From Lytechinus pictus (taxonomy: Eukaryota): 64,000 nt of DNA. Shown piece after piece: positions 1 to 13,463 of the stretch. Under the pieces are notes generated by a model that was not told where the DNA came from, ran no database searches, and saw nothing but the letters and a program-made list of their open reading frames with translations. The stretch's first letter is position 1. Each line of letters opens with the position of its first letter. Location: contig NC_087245.1 in NCBI RefSeq assembly GCF_037042905.1, forward strand, positions 11,720,001 through 11,784,000. The letters are read 5' to 3'. A program made the position numbers and the translations under genes.

Positions 1-874
1 GTTAGTGATTAATCGTACGCTTGATTATCACAATTGAATTTGAATGTACATTTTAGTCAATGCAATCAAAAAAAAAAAAAAAAGTTCTACGATCACTGCT
101 AAGCTACTTGTGTTGCAGCCCCCTGCAGTCTGGAAAGAATTTGTTTGATTTAGTGTGACCTATGAAATTCTTTCATTCCCTGCCTAGATCGAGGGCAAGT
201 TTTATAGGGATCACTGATAAACTGTTGGGGTGGGCCGTACAGTATATTTTAAGCTTTTATTATAAAAACCAACCTGACATCAGCTAGACGAAGCCGATCG
301 ATTGCAGCCTAAAAGCAGGCTTGGGCGATTGGATGAGGAGTCTGCCCTCCACCTTCTCTATCACCATGGCTTGCAGGCCCTCGGTCCGATTCTGAGCAGC
401 GATAGCTTGCACGCAGCTGCATACGCGGCGCAGTGAATCAAATAGCCGAGCTATCCCAATTTGTTCAGTTCAATATCGCTGGTCCTAAATATGAAGATTA
501 TAATGCGTGCAGTCCAGAGAAAGCGAATTGCTCACAAATATGTGAATTACTCCTGGCTGGTCACTTTAGATATGGATTTTACATTTGCAGAAGTGTATTG
601 AAATATATGTACCTTGGGTTAACATTTCATACCCACGTTGTACCAGTAATCCAAGTTATCTCATTTCCAAGTAAGTTAGTAGGCCTATATTGTCTCTATC
701 GGGATATGGGTTTCCTGTTTGGTATGGATACAGTTGTAGAATTCATTAGAACATATAAGTGGTAGTCTCCGGGGTAGTCTGTAATGATGAAACATGCTGA
801 GAAAACGTGATGGTATGGTATTGAGTACAAATGTTATGTATGCACGTGTTAGCTTCATAATGTGGTGCAGCACC

Positions 875-1230
875 ATCCTGAGTTTGCTCAATCTCAAGAT
901 TTTAGCCCGATCGGCCCTCTTCGCGATTAATCTCGTGATTTAAGAAACCCTGTCTCCACCAGCAGAAGATGAGCAATTCGTGCTCGAGCAATGATGTATG
1001 ATGTAACGCTATGAATAAATAATCTTGAGTGCATCTGCACCTGCGAATTAGCGGGATAATTCGTAAATAGCACGCTATTTTCCAGATAATCCTAAGTTGA
1101 CTTGGGATTGCAATCTCGAGATTAATCCAGCGAACCCTCCCAATGATTGCGTTTCCATTACAAATAATGTCGAGATTGTTCAGATCTGGATAATTTGCCG
1201 GATCAGAAATAGTGCTCTAATTTGAAAACT
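875..1230. mobile_element. PIF/Harbinger-like MITE, copy 1 (ends decayed)
   Basis: Collinear, highly similar to 8477-8862 over about 350 bp. Confidence 0.6.
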
Positions 1231-2476
1231 ATAGTAGTCAGTACATTAATAATATGTATTTTGCTATCTACTATTTGTTAGTTTCAATTCAATTCATTGA
1301 AGCAAAGTACTAGTACTTAATACTAGAGCAGTGACTATTGAAACATATTTACCATAGCCCTTTATGTTTTACTTGGACATCAGCAATACACTGTCCTGCC
1401 AAGTTACCATAAACAAAAAACAGAATATTAGTAGGGCTGTCACATTTTTATGTCATATTTTTATGTCATATAGGGTGCGTTTATGCACCCCCCTTTGTTT
1501 AGATCCCAGAATCATGATGTGAATCATGAATAGAAACACATTTCTGCAGAATCACGGTTGTGTTTAGTCAAAAGTAAGCATATTTCAAATTGCAAATGAA
1601 TAACAGAAAAGGAGTGTTTAGAAAAACGTTTCTACTTTCTGCAGAATCATTTTCGAAAATGGTTGCATAAACATAAACAATGATTTGATTTATGATTCTA
1701 TGACGTCATTATGTCGGTCAACTTCTGTGTTCATGTCATACTTCGCGGTGCCAATGGTATTCTTCGCTTGCGCTTCACACAGTAGCCGTACACATTTATT
1801 GAAAATCAATGTTGTGTATCTTTTGCAATTACATGTACATGTAAACCCACATTGAAGTTGACCTATAATTTTTGCGTCAAACTGTGCACTACGATGAGCA
1901 CTGGGTAGGATTGAAATGAGGGAGAAACAACGTTGGAGAGGGCCTGGTTTGATTCTGCAGTAACCATGATTTAGGTTTGTGTTTTGAATCATGGTTCATG
2001 TTTGTGATTCCCGTAAAACCATTTTTTGTCAAATAAGTGTGTTACAGAATTTTTGTCGCAAATCGAAAGCTGCCTTAAGAATTGAAATCTTGATATGCCT
2101 CACATCTAGCCAGTATTGGCAGTATGAACTTCTCAAATAACTCACTCTGAATAGAATCTCAACAAGCTTTTCATGCTTGTTTCACCTGTTTTGATATTGC
2201 GTCATTCTTATACGCCCGTCCTACGGGACGTATTATGGTATCACGCTCGGTGTCAGTCCGTCCGTTATCTTTACCTTGTAAACGCGATAACTTCAGTTTA
2301 ACTTAATCTAACTTCTAAGCTCACATAATTTTGTGTGTATGATACTAGCATGGATCCCAGGAAGCCTGTTGAGTTTGAGGTCCAAAGGTCAAGATCACAG
2401 TGAAATGTTTTCATCTTACCCTTCTGAAGTCCTTGTTAACGCGATAACTTCAGTTCAACTTAACCTAGGCTCATAT

Positions 2477-3149
2477 CGTCGGCGCTCATCCGAACCGTCG
2501 TATCAGTCAATTTTGGTCCCAAAAAAAATTGATTTTGAGATTTATGCTTAAAATAAAAGTACAAGTCCTACTGTTTTCATAACTAAATTTCTAGGCAACA
2601 ATTTATTTAATTTTCTGAGATGTGAGAGGATTTTCATGGCGATGCCATACAAACTTTTAATAAAATGCGCAAATCCCATAGGAAGCGTGTACTGAAACAG
2701 AGCAATACGACATTTTGACTTACCGCGATTTCAATGTGCGTGGTCAGCAAAACAATCGTATCTGCACTGGGCACCGCATTGACTTGTACGTGAAAAGCGA
2801 TACGACGTTTTGACTGATCGCGCGCTTTGAAATCGCGGTCAGTCCAAACGTTGTATCACTTTTTCCCTATAGCGTTTTTGTACAGGGAAATCTAAACCAC
2901 TCAAACCGAAATTACAAGCATGGAGCTCTTTTGCGATATTTTCTCTGATTCTTGGTTTTGTGTAAAAGTAGGGATACCAATGTCAAGCAATTGTCTTTGT
3001 CTTTCCAACCATGTATTCTTCTAGCAATGAATATGTTGCAAGGCTGGGGAACTAAGTGTGAAAACTATAGTAAACTTTGAAGTCGATTTTCTCTGAAGTA
3101 GGTTTGCACCGTTGTATGGGTGATACGACGGTTCGGATGACCGCCGACG
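2477..3149. mobile_element. Non-autonomous TIR element (possibly Sola1-type)
   Basis: 29-bp TIR cgtcggcg(c/g)tcatccgaaccgtcgtatca with 1 mismatch; flanks atat/attt; interrupts the host repeat unit. Confidence 0.75.
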
Positions 3150-3196
3150 ATTTGGTGTGTATGATACTAGCATGGATCCCAGGAAGCCTATTGATT

Positions 3197-3484
3197 GTGG
3201 AGCGTTGTGGCCCAGTAGATTAGTCTTCTGACTTTGAAACAGAGGGTCGTGGGTTCGAATCCCAGCCATGGCGTAATTTCCTTCAGCAAGAAACTCATCC
3301 ACATTGCGCTGCACTTAACCCAGGTGAGGTGAATGGGTACCCGGTAGGAAGAAATTCCTTGAGTGCTTGAGCGCCTAGGCAGCTCAGCTAAAGCCGGGGT
3401 AATAATAATAGCTGGGCCCGCTGGTAGAACAGTTTTCAAAACTGAAGTGGCTACCCTGGGTAAATATACCTATATTATTATTAT
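3197..3484 (+). mobile_element. tRNA-derived SINE
   Basis: A box tggcccagtag, B box ggttcgaatccc, CORE-like body (acccaggtg...aatgggtacc), (tat)n tail; splits the host repeat at cctattgatt|ttggggtcc. Confidence 0.85.
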
Positions 3485-3735
3485 TTTGGGGTCCAAAGGT
3501 CAAGGTCACACTGACATGTTTTCATCTTACCCTTCTGAAGTCCTTGTAAAGGCAGTTTATAATCACTCGCGTCGCGTTCTGGTTCGTAATCACTCGCGTT
3601 TTGAATTTTTGGCGATTTTTTTTATTTCGGTGCGATTTTTTTTTAACGGTGTCTTCAATGGGACAGACATGCAGGGAAATTTGAGTTTCGTTTTAAGCCG
3701 GCAATTAAAGAATAGAAAACAAGCTTGATCCGCCC

Positions 3736-3881
3736 CAGACAGCTGGCAGCAGTCTGTTTCGAGGAGTTTTTTTCAAACATTTTTTTTAAATTTCTCTGTA
3801 TTTGGTGAGTGGAGCCAACGGAGTTCAGCGGAACAACCAACATAATAATTAATAGACACAAAGACCGAAGCTTTTGGTCAA
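3736..3881 (-). mobile_element. Internally deleted copy of the 53643-54098 element
   Basis: Both ends match 53643-54098 in inverted orientation; exact 9-bp TSD gatccgccc at 3727-3735 and 3882-3890. Confidence 0.8.
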
Positions 3882-4389
3882 GATCCGCCCCTGTGGCTGT
3901 GCGCGCTCTCACGGTAAAAATTCGCGCGACGATCAAAGCCAAGGTACCGTACCGTCCCGGTGCCTTCCTGAAAACAGAAGTTGTCGGCTACGTCATTTAT
4001 CCAGGCCCCTTAAACAACTCCAAGCACGAGGTAACTCAGATTGAGTCAGAAATAATGGATTGGAAAACAGAAGACATGGCTTCAGGGAGTCACAGTAGGC
4101 TGGATACATAAACATAAATAAAACATTGTGATCAACAACAAATATACACTTGTAAATACATTACAATACAAATTACAATACAGTGTAGATTTCTTGTCCT
4201 TGATAACCCCCAAATTTTTTCATATTTTTCACCCTGCAACGTCCTGCAAGATTAATGAAAATCCATTTTACCATTTTAAAATTTTGTTCAGTGCACCATC
4301 ATTATATTAAAAAAACTTATATCACACACACACACACAATTATTTGTATAAAGGAACAATTTTGTTGGTCCCTCGGACTTCTTTATAAC

Positions 4390-5005
4390 CAGAGTGCACT
4401 TTACTCCCCCTCCTACTTCTCTTTCTTCTCAGTCTTCTTTTTATTCCCATTATTATGTCATCTTATTCTTCTCCCTGTTCTTCTACTTCTCAATTTCTTC
4501 CCTTTCTCCTTATTGTTCATCTCCCTTCTCACTTCTTCCTTTTCTCTTCTCAGTCTTCCCCTTATTTTATCTTCTCTTTCTCTTCTTCTACATCCTCCCC
4601 TCAATTTTCTCTTTTTAGTTTCATTTTTACCCCCTTATGTCCTCCATCTTCTTTTTTCTTCTTCTACTTCTCCTCCTCCTTCCTTCTTGCTTTTCTTCTT
4701 CAGCACTTTTTTCCTCCCTGATTTTTACGTTAGTGTAGAATAATTCACAAAGAAAGGGAGAAGCAAATAAATAGTGATATTATGAAATTGTAGCACCTCG
4801 CTATGCTTTATAAAGAATACCACAGACTTCAGGAAAATCCTCCAAAGGCAAAGCTAAATCGAGAGTAGCCTTTCCTCCTTTTTCTTCTTTATTCCTTTTC
4901 TCCTTTCTTTCTCCTTTTTTCCTTGCTTCTTTCTTTCTGTCTGTCTTTTTTTTTCTTTCTCTTTTCTCCCTCTTTCCCTTCCTTTCTCCCCCCTCTCTCT
5001 TTTTT
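4390..5005. repeat. Pyrimidine-rich low-complexity tracts
   Basis: CT-rich runs that generate spurious S/F/L-rich ORFs. Confidence 0.8.
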
Positions 5006-5865
5006 TAGGGGGAGCCCCCCCCCCGCTTCCGCCGCCTATGGCTCTAAGATTTAAGATGTGGAATGTGATTATGTTAAAACAGTAGTCAAAATTTGCTTGT
5101 TATCTTAAAACAGTGGTCGAGAACGTTTTATTTAAGGCACTTACCAGCTTAAAATAAAACGAAACTCGAATTTCAATTTCATTTTATTTTTCCAGTACGT
5201 TTGTCCCATTGAAGACACCGTTAGAAAAAAAATCGCACCGAAAAAAAAAAAAATCGCCAAAAATAAAAAACGCGTGTGATTACCAACCCGACGCGAGTGA
5301 TTACGAACGCGAGTGAATATAATAAGCCCTTGTAAACGTGATAACTTTAGTTTAACTTAAACTAGGCTCATATAATTTGGTGTGTATGATACTAGCATGG
5401 ATCCCAGGAAGCCTATTGATTTGAGGCCAAAAAGTCAAAGGTCAAGATCACAGTGACATGTTTTCATCTTGCCCTTCTGAAGTCCTTGTTGTCCTTTGAA
5501 ATTCTCTGAGCGTGACTTTTAAGCGATTTTTTGCATTGCTTTTCTTTTTTATCCCAGTGTACTATTTTGAAGCATGAACAAATTCTTAAAAATATATAGA
5601 TATTTTGGTGACATTCCATGCTTGACAGTGATTTTTATTGCTGGTATTGTCATTATTAAAAATATTTTACTTGTGTCTTTTAATACCTTTTGCGATCAGA
5701 TTTTAGTTCAACATCTTTCACAAAACATGTGTATGTGATACATTCTATCATTTTACCTGACAAAAGGAATTTTAAACTTTGAAAATGTATATATTTTATA
5801 TTTACCATAACTTCATATGGTTCTGATATATTGTGAAAGTTCTGGATGATACCTTTGGAATAATT

Positions 5866-6311
5866 AGGTGGTTTCAAACCTTTTTTCAGGCAAGTAAATA
5901 CCTGTTCATTATTACCACATTCAACCGCCCTGAAACATACCCTTTGGGATAAGTTCCTGAAGTTAAGAGCATGCGCAGTATACGGTCTGATAAGCAAGCA
6001 AGGCGCGAGATTCAAAATCGCTAGCTCAGCAGCCACCAACAGCGCCCGCGCCCTACTACAACGCTGCTGTGCTAAAAGTTCCTGTAATTTACTTTCACAT
6101 TGCCAATATACCTGCGACCTTGGAAAAATCCCCGCAAAAGTTCTCGTAATTTTGACAAGTACCTTCTATTTAGCGGGTATTTTCTTTTGGGGAGATTATG
6201 CGTAATTTGCTTTCACATTACCAAAATTACCTGGTATTTTCTGATCGGGGTGAATTTCCCTATCAGAAAATACCTGGAACTGATGAACTTCGAGGCGGTC
6301 TGAAACCACCT
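5866..6311. mobile_element. PIF/Harbinger-like MITE
   Basis: TIR aggtggtttcaaacc/ggtctgaaaccacct; 3-bp TSD att; second copy at 11437-11904. Confidence 0.8.
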
Positions 6312-6835
6312 ATTTATTCCCCAAAGAAGTGACCCACAAATAAAATAAATCCTTGATTTGAATTGATTGATCCTGCACTACTAACCTACATTCAGATAAG
6401 CATATCTTATTTTTGAACTTTTTCATATTTCTGCTTTCATACAAATGAAATTTGAATAATACAAATGAGACATGGAAAATTGTGTATTGATTGTATCTCT
6501 ATTAAAAATCTATACTATGAAGACTGGATACCTAAAAGAAAACAAATGTTAGTACATGTCATTACATAATAAAAAAACAACTAAACAAGTATTCTCAATA
6601 TAGATCAATGCAAGACCATTTTTTAAACATTTATAACATTTCATTGATCTACTTGGTAATCATTGAATTTTGTAAACTTTATATTTTTCTAGTTTTTAGT
6701 ATATCCAAATCATGACTTACGATTTAAAATGTATTGTGAATTTATCTTATTTTCATACAACTGTAAAAACATACATTTCAGCTTTTTGATGTGGCACATG
6801 TGCATTGGTATTTGAAATAATCCTTGAAATAAATG

Positions 6836-6941
6836 AATGAATGGAAGGATGGATGGATGGATGGAAGGAAGGAAGGAAGGATGGATGGAAGGAAGGAAGG
6901 ATGGATGGATGGAAGGATGGATGGGAGGATGGATGGATGGA
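6836..6941. repeat. Compound (GGAT)n/(GGAA)n microsatellite
   Basis: Direct reading of the sequence. Confidence 0.95.
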
Positions 6942-8286
6942 ACAATATCAGGAAATATTATGTCGCTTTTTAATAAGCAATTCCAAGTTTTTGGTGAATT
7001 ATAATAGTTTTTACCTGGTACATGTACGTGCAGGTAGCAAAAATATTTACCCACAAGTCAGACACAAAGTCAAGGCTTGCACAGAATGATGTGACAGGGC
7101 TAGGGAATGAGAACTATTTGGGGGTTAGAGATAATTGAGACCCTATCCCTATTTGCTTTCTTTGTCAGAAAAATCTTGAAAATGTTCTTGCAAGTGAAAT
7201 TAAGTCATCATCAGGAAGCTTGATGTTGAAACTTACTTTTTCCTGAAAAGAAACCACAAATGGGACTCCCTGCCCATCAACAATAGGATAATAACGAACA
7301 TCTCAGGAAAAAGTAGATTTAGAAATGTAAACAGGATCTATGAAATTAGAGGTATGTGTAGAATTGATGGTTGTAAACGACTATTTGATAATACCTGCTA
7401 AAATAAAGTAGGTTAATGAGGCAAGGCTTCTTGATAAAGAGATGATGATTAAGATATAATGGAGCTGTACAAGGTCACTTTGAATATTACTTGTGAACAA
7501 TTTTTCCCCTTTAATTTCTCATGAAATCACCAAAAGAGAGAGAAGACCAAGTAGAGAGAGAGGAATATGCCAAACTTCTGCTCCTTTTAACTTTGTATTC
7601 TTTGTTCGTTCATCAGATTGAAATTTCAGAATGTATACTGTAAAAAGTAATGTGTAACTGTAAAATATCCCTATTTTGTAAAATAATCTGTATACTGTCC
7701 TGCACTGAAATTAAATGTTGACAGCAAAATATTGTACCCCTTCAATGGGAAGTTCACTCTGAAATTAAAGTTTGTTTTCATAAACACAGAAAATTTAAGA
7801 AACTTAATGGTATTATGTTGAAAATCAATGAAAGAATAGCACTAAATGGTTTTTGTTTCAAGTTTTGATTTTATGATTTATTGTATTATGTATTATGTAA
7901 TAGAAATTCAATGAACTGCCATTAGTGTTTCAAAAAACCAAAAAATGAATTTACCTGTGCATTTATTATATCATCAGACACAGTATTTCCCAATATAAGA
8001 TACATGTAAGTGCTTTCAGTGTCATTGAAACACTGAAAAAGGGGTAATTAAGGAAAATTATATTCATGACACATGGGACAATCGCTCGCATGCATGTGAC
8101 ATCCCAAACTAAAAACTCTAAAATAGTATATTATTTAATGGACACCAAACTTTGATCAGCGTTTCTCTCATGTACTCTGCTTTTATTCAAATGATCTTGA
8201 TATAGGGATGAACTTCCCCTTGTTCCATAATCATGTGTACGTTGAAATGATCACTTTTTAATGTTTCTCACCCCCCCCCCTTCTAG

Positions 8287-8424
8287 TTTACCAAGACAAG
8301 CCACCGATGCCTCCAAGCAAGGCAAAATATGATTCCCAGAAATCTACAGAAGGTAGACCTTACAAGGAATCCATCATATCTCTCTTCAAGAATGTGCCTT
8401 TTGTTCTTCTCCTCATCACTTATG
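8287..8424 (+). CDS. FLVCR: FLVCR-family MFS transporter, internal exon (first visible; earlier exons presumably upstream of the window)
   Basis: ttctag|...|gtaagt. Translates YQDKPPMPPSKAKYDSQKSTEGRPYKESIISLFKNVPFVLLLITY(G), matching the FLVCR1/2 segment KP..PPS...LFKN.PFVLLLITYG. Confidence 0.93.
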
Positions 8425-8476
8425 GTAAGTACTATGTGAATCTTCCCCCCCCCCCCTCCTGATTTGGATGAAATTT

Positions 8477-8862
8477 CCAGCCCGAGTTTGCTAAAGCTCG
8501 AGATTTTAGCCAGATCGGCCCTCTTCGCGATAAATCTTGAGATTCAAGAAACCCCTTCTCCACCATCGCAATAAGAGCGATTCCTGCTTGAGCGAGGCAT
8601 TGATGCATTATGGTCTGACGCCGTGAACAAATAATCTCAAGTGCGTCTGCACCTGCGAATTAGCAGGATAATTTGTAAAATAGTGTGCTATTTTGCAATA
8701 ATCCCAAGTTGACGTGGGATTGCAATCTCGAGATTAATCCAGCGAACTAGCACGATTCTTGCGTCTCCATTACAAATAATCTCGAGATTGTTCACATCGG
8801 GATAATTTGCTGGATCAGAAATAGTGCGCTAATTTGAAAACTCAGGCTGATGCAAACGGCCC
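8477..8862. mobile_element. PIF/Harbinger-like MITE, copy 2
   Basis: cagcccgagtt...aactcaggctgatgcaaacggccc; similar to 875-1230. Confidence 0.65.
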
Positions 8863-10651
8863 TAGTGATAATGCTTGTCTGATTTTTTTTTTTCTTCAAG
8901 TGAGCCTAAGATGTTTAAGTCAAGTTGTTGTTGTTGGGATGAACTTAATCTCTAACCTGGGATTTACAGACTGTCTTTAGTCGGTTGAGATCCAGACGTA
9001 ATTATGATGTTGTTGACATTTTAATGGATGTCTTTCACGTTATAAGATACATTGATTTCCACCCATATTAAATTCTATAATCCTCAAGTAAATCACTATT
9101 TTAAAATTAAGAAAAACTTTTGAACTATGGGGCAAGTTTTTCATCAAGATAAACAAACTCATCAGACAACTTTCTGTAAGTTTCATGAAATTGTCCCCTG
9201 ATGTTTATCTGAGTGTGTAAACTTCATTAAAAAGAATAACTCGAAACATTTAAATTGGCCAATATTTGAATGAATTTTGAAGCCTTTTATAGTGCTGCAA
9301 AAGTAAACAAAAAAGGTTGAGAAGCCATTGCAATAAGCCATTAATTCCAGAACTAACAATAGAGTTTGTATGAATATGATATGTGTTTGTCTGTCATAAA
9401 CTGTGCAGTAAATATGAAGGACTCTTCCAATGAGAAATGGAATCTGCTGAATGAGAATATTTTGCAAAACCAAATTATACAATTTTTAGTGTTTAAATTT
9501 TGTATAAGAGTGATTAGAATCAAGAGGCCTTGCTGTATTGGGGCCTGAGCTTTGTTGCAAATAACTAACCTTTGGTGGAAACTTTGCCATGACAATGGCT
9601 AGATAACGCCCAATGGCCAATCAATCAAAGCAGGAATGGTCAGTAACAATGTTTGTAAGTTTAATGAGACAGGGGCCAGGTATTAGGAGGGTGCATTCAT
9701 TATTGCACTCTGGACCTAGATTCACAACACTTGTTATCAGTGACAGATGAATGCTATAATTCTTTGGTAAATATGCCATCACCCAATCTAATTTAACAAA
9801 ATTCAGTAAGATTACCTAACAAATAACCAATAGCAGGTTCTACTAAAGATATCCTCGATCATACATCTTACTACTGTAAGTTGTGTTATGTTCAGATGAT
9901 TCAATGATATTTGTTGAGTAGCTAGTATTTTTCCTTGAATTAGATGATTTAAAAGATAAAGAGTGTTACTCTGCCTACCTTGCTCTCCTTTTCTCTCGGG
10001 TTAAATATGTAGGTCGCTCTATACCATTGTGTTGCAACATGGAATGAGGGTTACTTTTTATGTTTTGCAGCAATAAATATGTTTAATCAAATAATATACT
10101 ACTTTTGAAATATAACTATTTCTTTATGAATCAGAATTACCTTTAGTTTATCAATAGTTTGGGTGGGGAAAAATGTAAAATTGATTTTTATTTTAAACCC
10201 AGCACACAAAAATCTTGAAATTTCAATTTGATGAACAAGTGAAGAAGCCTCTGGTGTAGATAGATGAAAGGGGGAACAAGGATCACTTGCCTTAGGCAGT
10301 GTTCTTCCTCTACGTACATACACCACTGCGTAACCGGTCTTTCTCTTCTGAAGAATGAGAATATCAAGATTTGGTAGAGGAACTAAGAGCTCACTTGGAA
10401 TTAGAACAGAACGATATTACTGTGAGATAATTCATTTGAAGGTGAATTTCATGGTATTAACGGTGTAGGCATTCCAACAGGATGGAAACAATCGATTGTT
10501 ATCACCTCATTATCGCCAGAGAGAGACTTCAGCATGCAAACATTTTTGAAAACTGGTTATTACTAAAGGTCACTTTTGAAAAAAAGGAAACAAACATACA
10601 TTATGGTTTTGTGTTTATCATAAAATCTTTTTATTTTATTTTTTATCCTAG

Positions 10652-10719
10652 GTGTGAATGTAGGATCTTTCTATGCTATTTCAACACTTCTAAACCAGGT
10701 CATCTTGTCAGAATTTCCA
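10652..10719 (+). CDS. FLVCR: FLVCR-family exon (68 bp)
   Basis: cctag|...|gtaagt. (G)VNVGSFYAISTLLNQVILSEFP, in phase with the previous exon. Confidence 0.93.
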
Positions 10720-11436
10720 GTAAGTATCAATGGTTTGCTAAAAAAACAAATGGCAAATGGGGGGGGGGTAGCTCAAAGGAAAAGGAAATGCTTCCATACT
10801 TACCTGTGTGTGTTAATTAGTTGAGATTAAAGATGGTTTAATCAAAGCAGATTGTTCTGATCATGATAATTTGTAAGATCAGAAGTAGCATAATCATTGT
10901 CTTGCATTACCAGAATCAAACTATAACACCAATCGTCCAGCTGATGGGGAGTGACTGACATCCATGATAATCCAGCAACCTTTGAAAAATCATTCCAAAA
11001 TTCTCTTTAATTTTGCAAAGTACTTCCTAATTTGTGCATATTTTTATTACAAGTAATTTACTTTGACACCAAAATGATGTGGTATTTTCTGATTGGGTAG
11101 ATTCCCCTTCAGAAAATAACGCGTCTTTCAGTTATTAGTGGGCTGAAAAACCACCTTCTGATAGACAAAGTTCCTTAATTCTGAGACAAATTACTTTTAC
11201 AGATTTTTTTTTCATACTGTAGTCCCTCTCACTTTTCTTAAATTATATTTGAAGATTTGTTTTATTATAGTGATTTATTTATAGTTATTTTTCAATGCCT
11301 GTTACTTTACTCTCTCACTTCTGATTATGTCCATCATATTGTATATCCTTCCATGTTTCTTTCTTGACAGCTTCAAAAATTTTGTGCATAATCACCTTGA
11401 AAATATCTGTCACTACTCTTCATAACGTGCATCGAA

Positions 11437-11904
11437 AGGTGATTTCAAACCGCCTCGATCATAAGAATCCCCGTTAGATTACGAGAACTTTGTTAGGCCA
11501 ATAAATACCCATTAATTATTCCTGCATCCACACCGCCCCGAAACATATCCTTCGGGATAAGATCCTGCAGTTACGAGCATGCGCAGTATGGTCTGATAAG
11601 CAGGCAAGGCGCGAGATTCAAAATCACTCGCTCAGCAGCCACCCACGGCGCCCGCGCCTGACTACAACGCTGGGCTCAAAGTTCCCGTAAATTGCTTTCA
11701 CATTGCCAAAATACCTGTGACCTTGGAAAAATCCCCGCGAAAGTTCTCGTAAGTACCTACTATTTAGTGGGTATTTTCTTTCGGGGAGATTACGCGTAAT
11801 TTGCTTTCACATTGCCTATATTACCTGGTGTTTTCTGATCGGGTAAATTTCCCGATCAAAAAATACCTGGAACTGACGAACTTCGAGGCGGTCTGAAACC
11901 ACCT
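11437..11904. mobile_element. PIF/Harbinger-like MITE (same family as 5866-6311)
   Basis: TIR aggtgatttcaaaccgcctcga/tcgaggcggtctgaaaccacct; collinear interior. Confidence 0.8.
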
Positions 11905-11957
11905 CGAGTCTAATTTCATCTTTGAGATAGGCTGCAGAGCCCTTTGAAGATCATAGC

Positions 11958-12315
11958 AGATGATGATGATGATGATGATGATCTCCTCTCCCACTCTCTC
12001 TCCCCCTGACCCACTTTTCTACCCTCTGTATTTGCACCCCCTCTCTCCCAATTTCTCCTTGCAATTTACCCCACCCCCTTCTCTTCCTCTCCCCTGCCTC
12101 CTATGTCTCTCTCTCTTCTCACATCTACTCTCTCACCCCTTGTTTTTCCCTTTCCCATATCACTTTCTCCCCTCTTCCCCTCCCTCTCAATGCCTCCTTT
12201 CCTCATTCACTTCTCTCCATCTTCCTTTCTTCCCACTATCACCCCTGTCATTCAAATCCCTCTCCCTTCGCTTAAGTTTCTATCCCTCCTACCCCCCCCT
12301 CTCTCTCTCCTATCT
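11958..12315. repeat. (GAT)n followed by a CT-rich low-complexity tract
   Basis: Direct reading; lies just upstream of the 12369 acceptor. Confidence 0.8.
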
Positions 12316-12368
12316 GTAATAGTATATCTTTATTAATGACATATCTTCTTATCTAAATCAATTTTTAG

Positions 12369-12472
12369 GGATATGAAGTGATGGTAGGAGTGATCGGTCT
12401 CACCTTAGTACTTACAGGAATGGCTGGCTCTGTGGTAACTGGATTTTGGTTGGACAAGACTCGTTCTTACAG
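12369..12472 (+). CDS. FLVCR: FLVCR-family exon (104 bp)
   Basis: ttttag|...|gtttgt. GYEVMVGVIGLTLVLTGMAGSVVTGFWLDKTRSY(R), containing the MFS G.WLD.T loop motif. Confidence 0.93.
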
Positions 12473-13222
12473 GTTTGTTCAGGATATATTTAACTGACAG
12501 ATCTTTTTCCTAGAACTACATTTGAAAACTCATTCAAATACATTTGTTTTCATGGAAATATTCATATAAATCAGACCTGTGAAAAAGAGTTGTCTAATGA
12601 CAGACTGGTTGTGCTGTAAAATTACAGAACAATTACTAATTTTCTTTTAGAATCATTTGGCACATAATATTTATTTATACATATATATGAACACATATTG
12701 TAACTGTTGCCACAACTTCATGTGGCAAAAAACTTGCTGAAACATCAAGTTTTTATGGTCCTTTTCACTGCCAACAAAAGGTACATGATGTACAGAGAAG
12801 CTTATAGATTGAATCGTTCTCTGCAAATAAAACATTCAGAAGTTACAAATTTGATTCTTTGTCAAAGTACCCAACATTACACACATGATACAAGTGTAAT
12901 TCTCTTTTCCTGTTTATAAAAATAATTTCTCTGGTTGTGTGTTTGCGTATTGGAAGATCGGATTGGGAAAGTTTATAATTTGTGCAAGAATTGCTGGCTT
13001 AATTCTGCCAATTGACACATGCACATCACATATTAAATGCATGCATGGAAATACACACAAATAGTCAACCTGAATTTTCATTTAATTGTTTTTATCATGA
13101 TGAATGTGACTGCTTAGTCCTTGTGCAGTGAACCATCTTTTTATTTTACTCTTTTGAATAGGAAAACAATTATCAAGCTAACAATAGTTATCTTTCTCAC
13201 AACTTTTCTTTTCCTTTTACAG

Positions 13223-13333
13223 AGGAACAACAGTGGCTGTTTATGTTTTGTCGCTGGTTGGCATGATCTGTTTCACTTTCACACTCAAACTTGGTGAAAT
13301 CTGGGTGGTGTTTGGAATCACTGCTCTTTTAGG
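13223..13333 (+). CDS. FLVCR: FLVCR-family exon (111 bp)
   Basis: ttacag|...|gtgagt. GTTVAVYVLSLVGMICFTFTLKLGEIWVVFGITALL(G). Confidence 0.92.
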
Positions 13334-13463
13334 GTGAGTTTTTAATGATACAAAATGTGCATATTAAAGTGTTTTGTGGTGACACAACACACTCAAAGCC
13401 AGCTCCAACTGCTTTTGAACACCATTGTGCAAACCCAAGATGCCACAAACATATATCTGTTTA

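Larger units (their letters stand above)
3551..5328. mobile_element. Non-autonomous long-TIR DNA transposon (Merlin- or MULE-like)
   Basis: Imperfect TIRs of ~170 bp starting GGC, with aatcactcgcgt repeats; exact 8-bp TSD cttgtaaa at 3543-3550 and 5329-5336. Confidence 0.8.
2207..5490 (+). mobile_element. Helentron/HINE (DINE-1-like) non-autonomous element with ~150-bp internal repeats, interrupted by three insertions
   Basis: Starts ttatacgcccgtcctacgggacgtatt, then a gtcc microsatellite. The unit ccttgtaaacgcgataactt...gatactagcatggatcccaggaagcc...cccttctgaagt recurs at ~2275, ~3150/3490 and ~5330. Confidence 0.55.

Noticed and set aside
3197..3275. Possible tRNA gene
   Set aside because: A and B boxes are present, but there is no good acceptor stem and it continues into a SINE body and tail.
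4255..4743. Hydrophobic F/L/S-rich ORFs (also 11960-12336, 46388-46880, 54694-55084, 59303-60018)
   Set aside because: Artefacts of pyrimidine- or purine-rich low-complexity DNA.
1..8286. Upstream FLVCR exons
   Set aside because: I found no splice-bounded segment encoding the expected N-terminal helices; they probably lie before the window.
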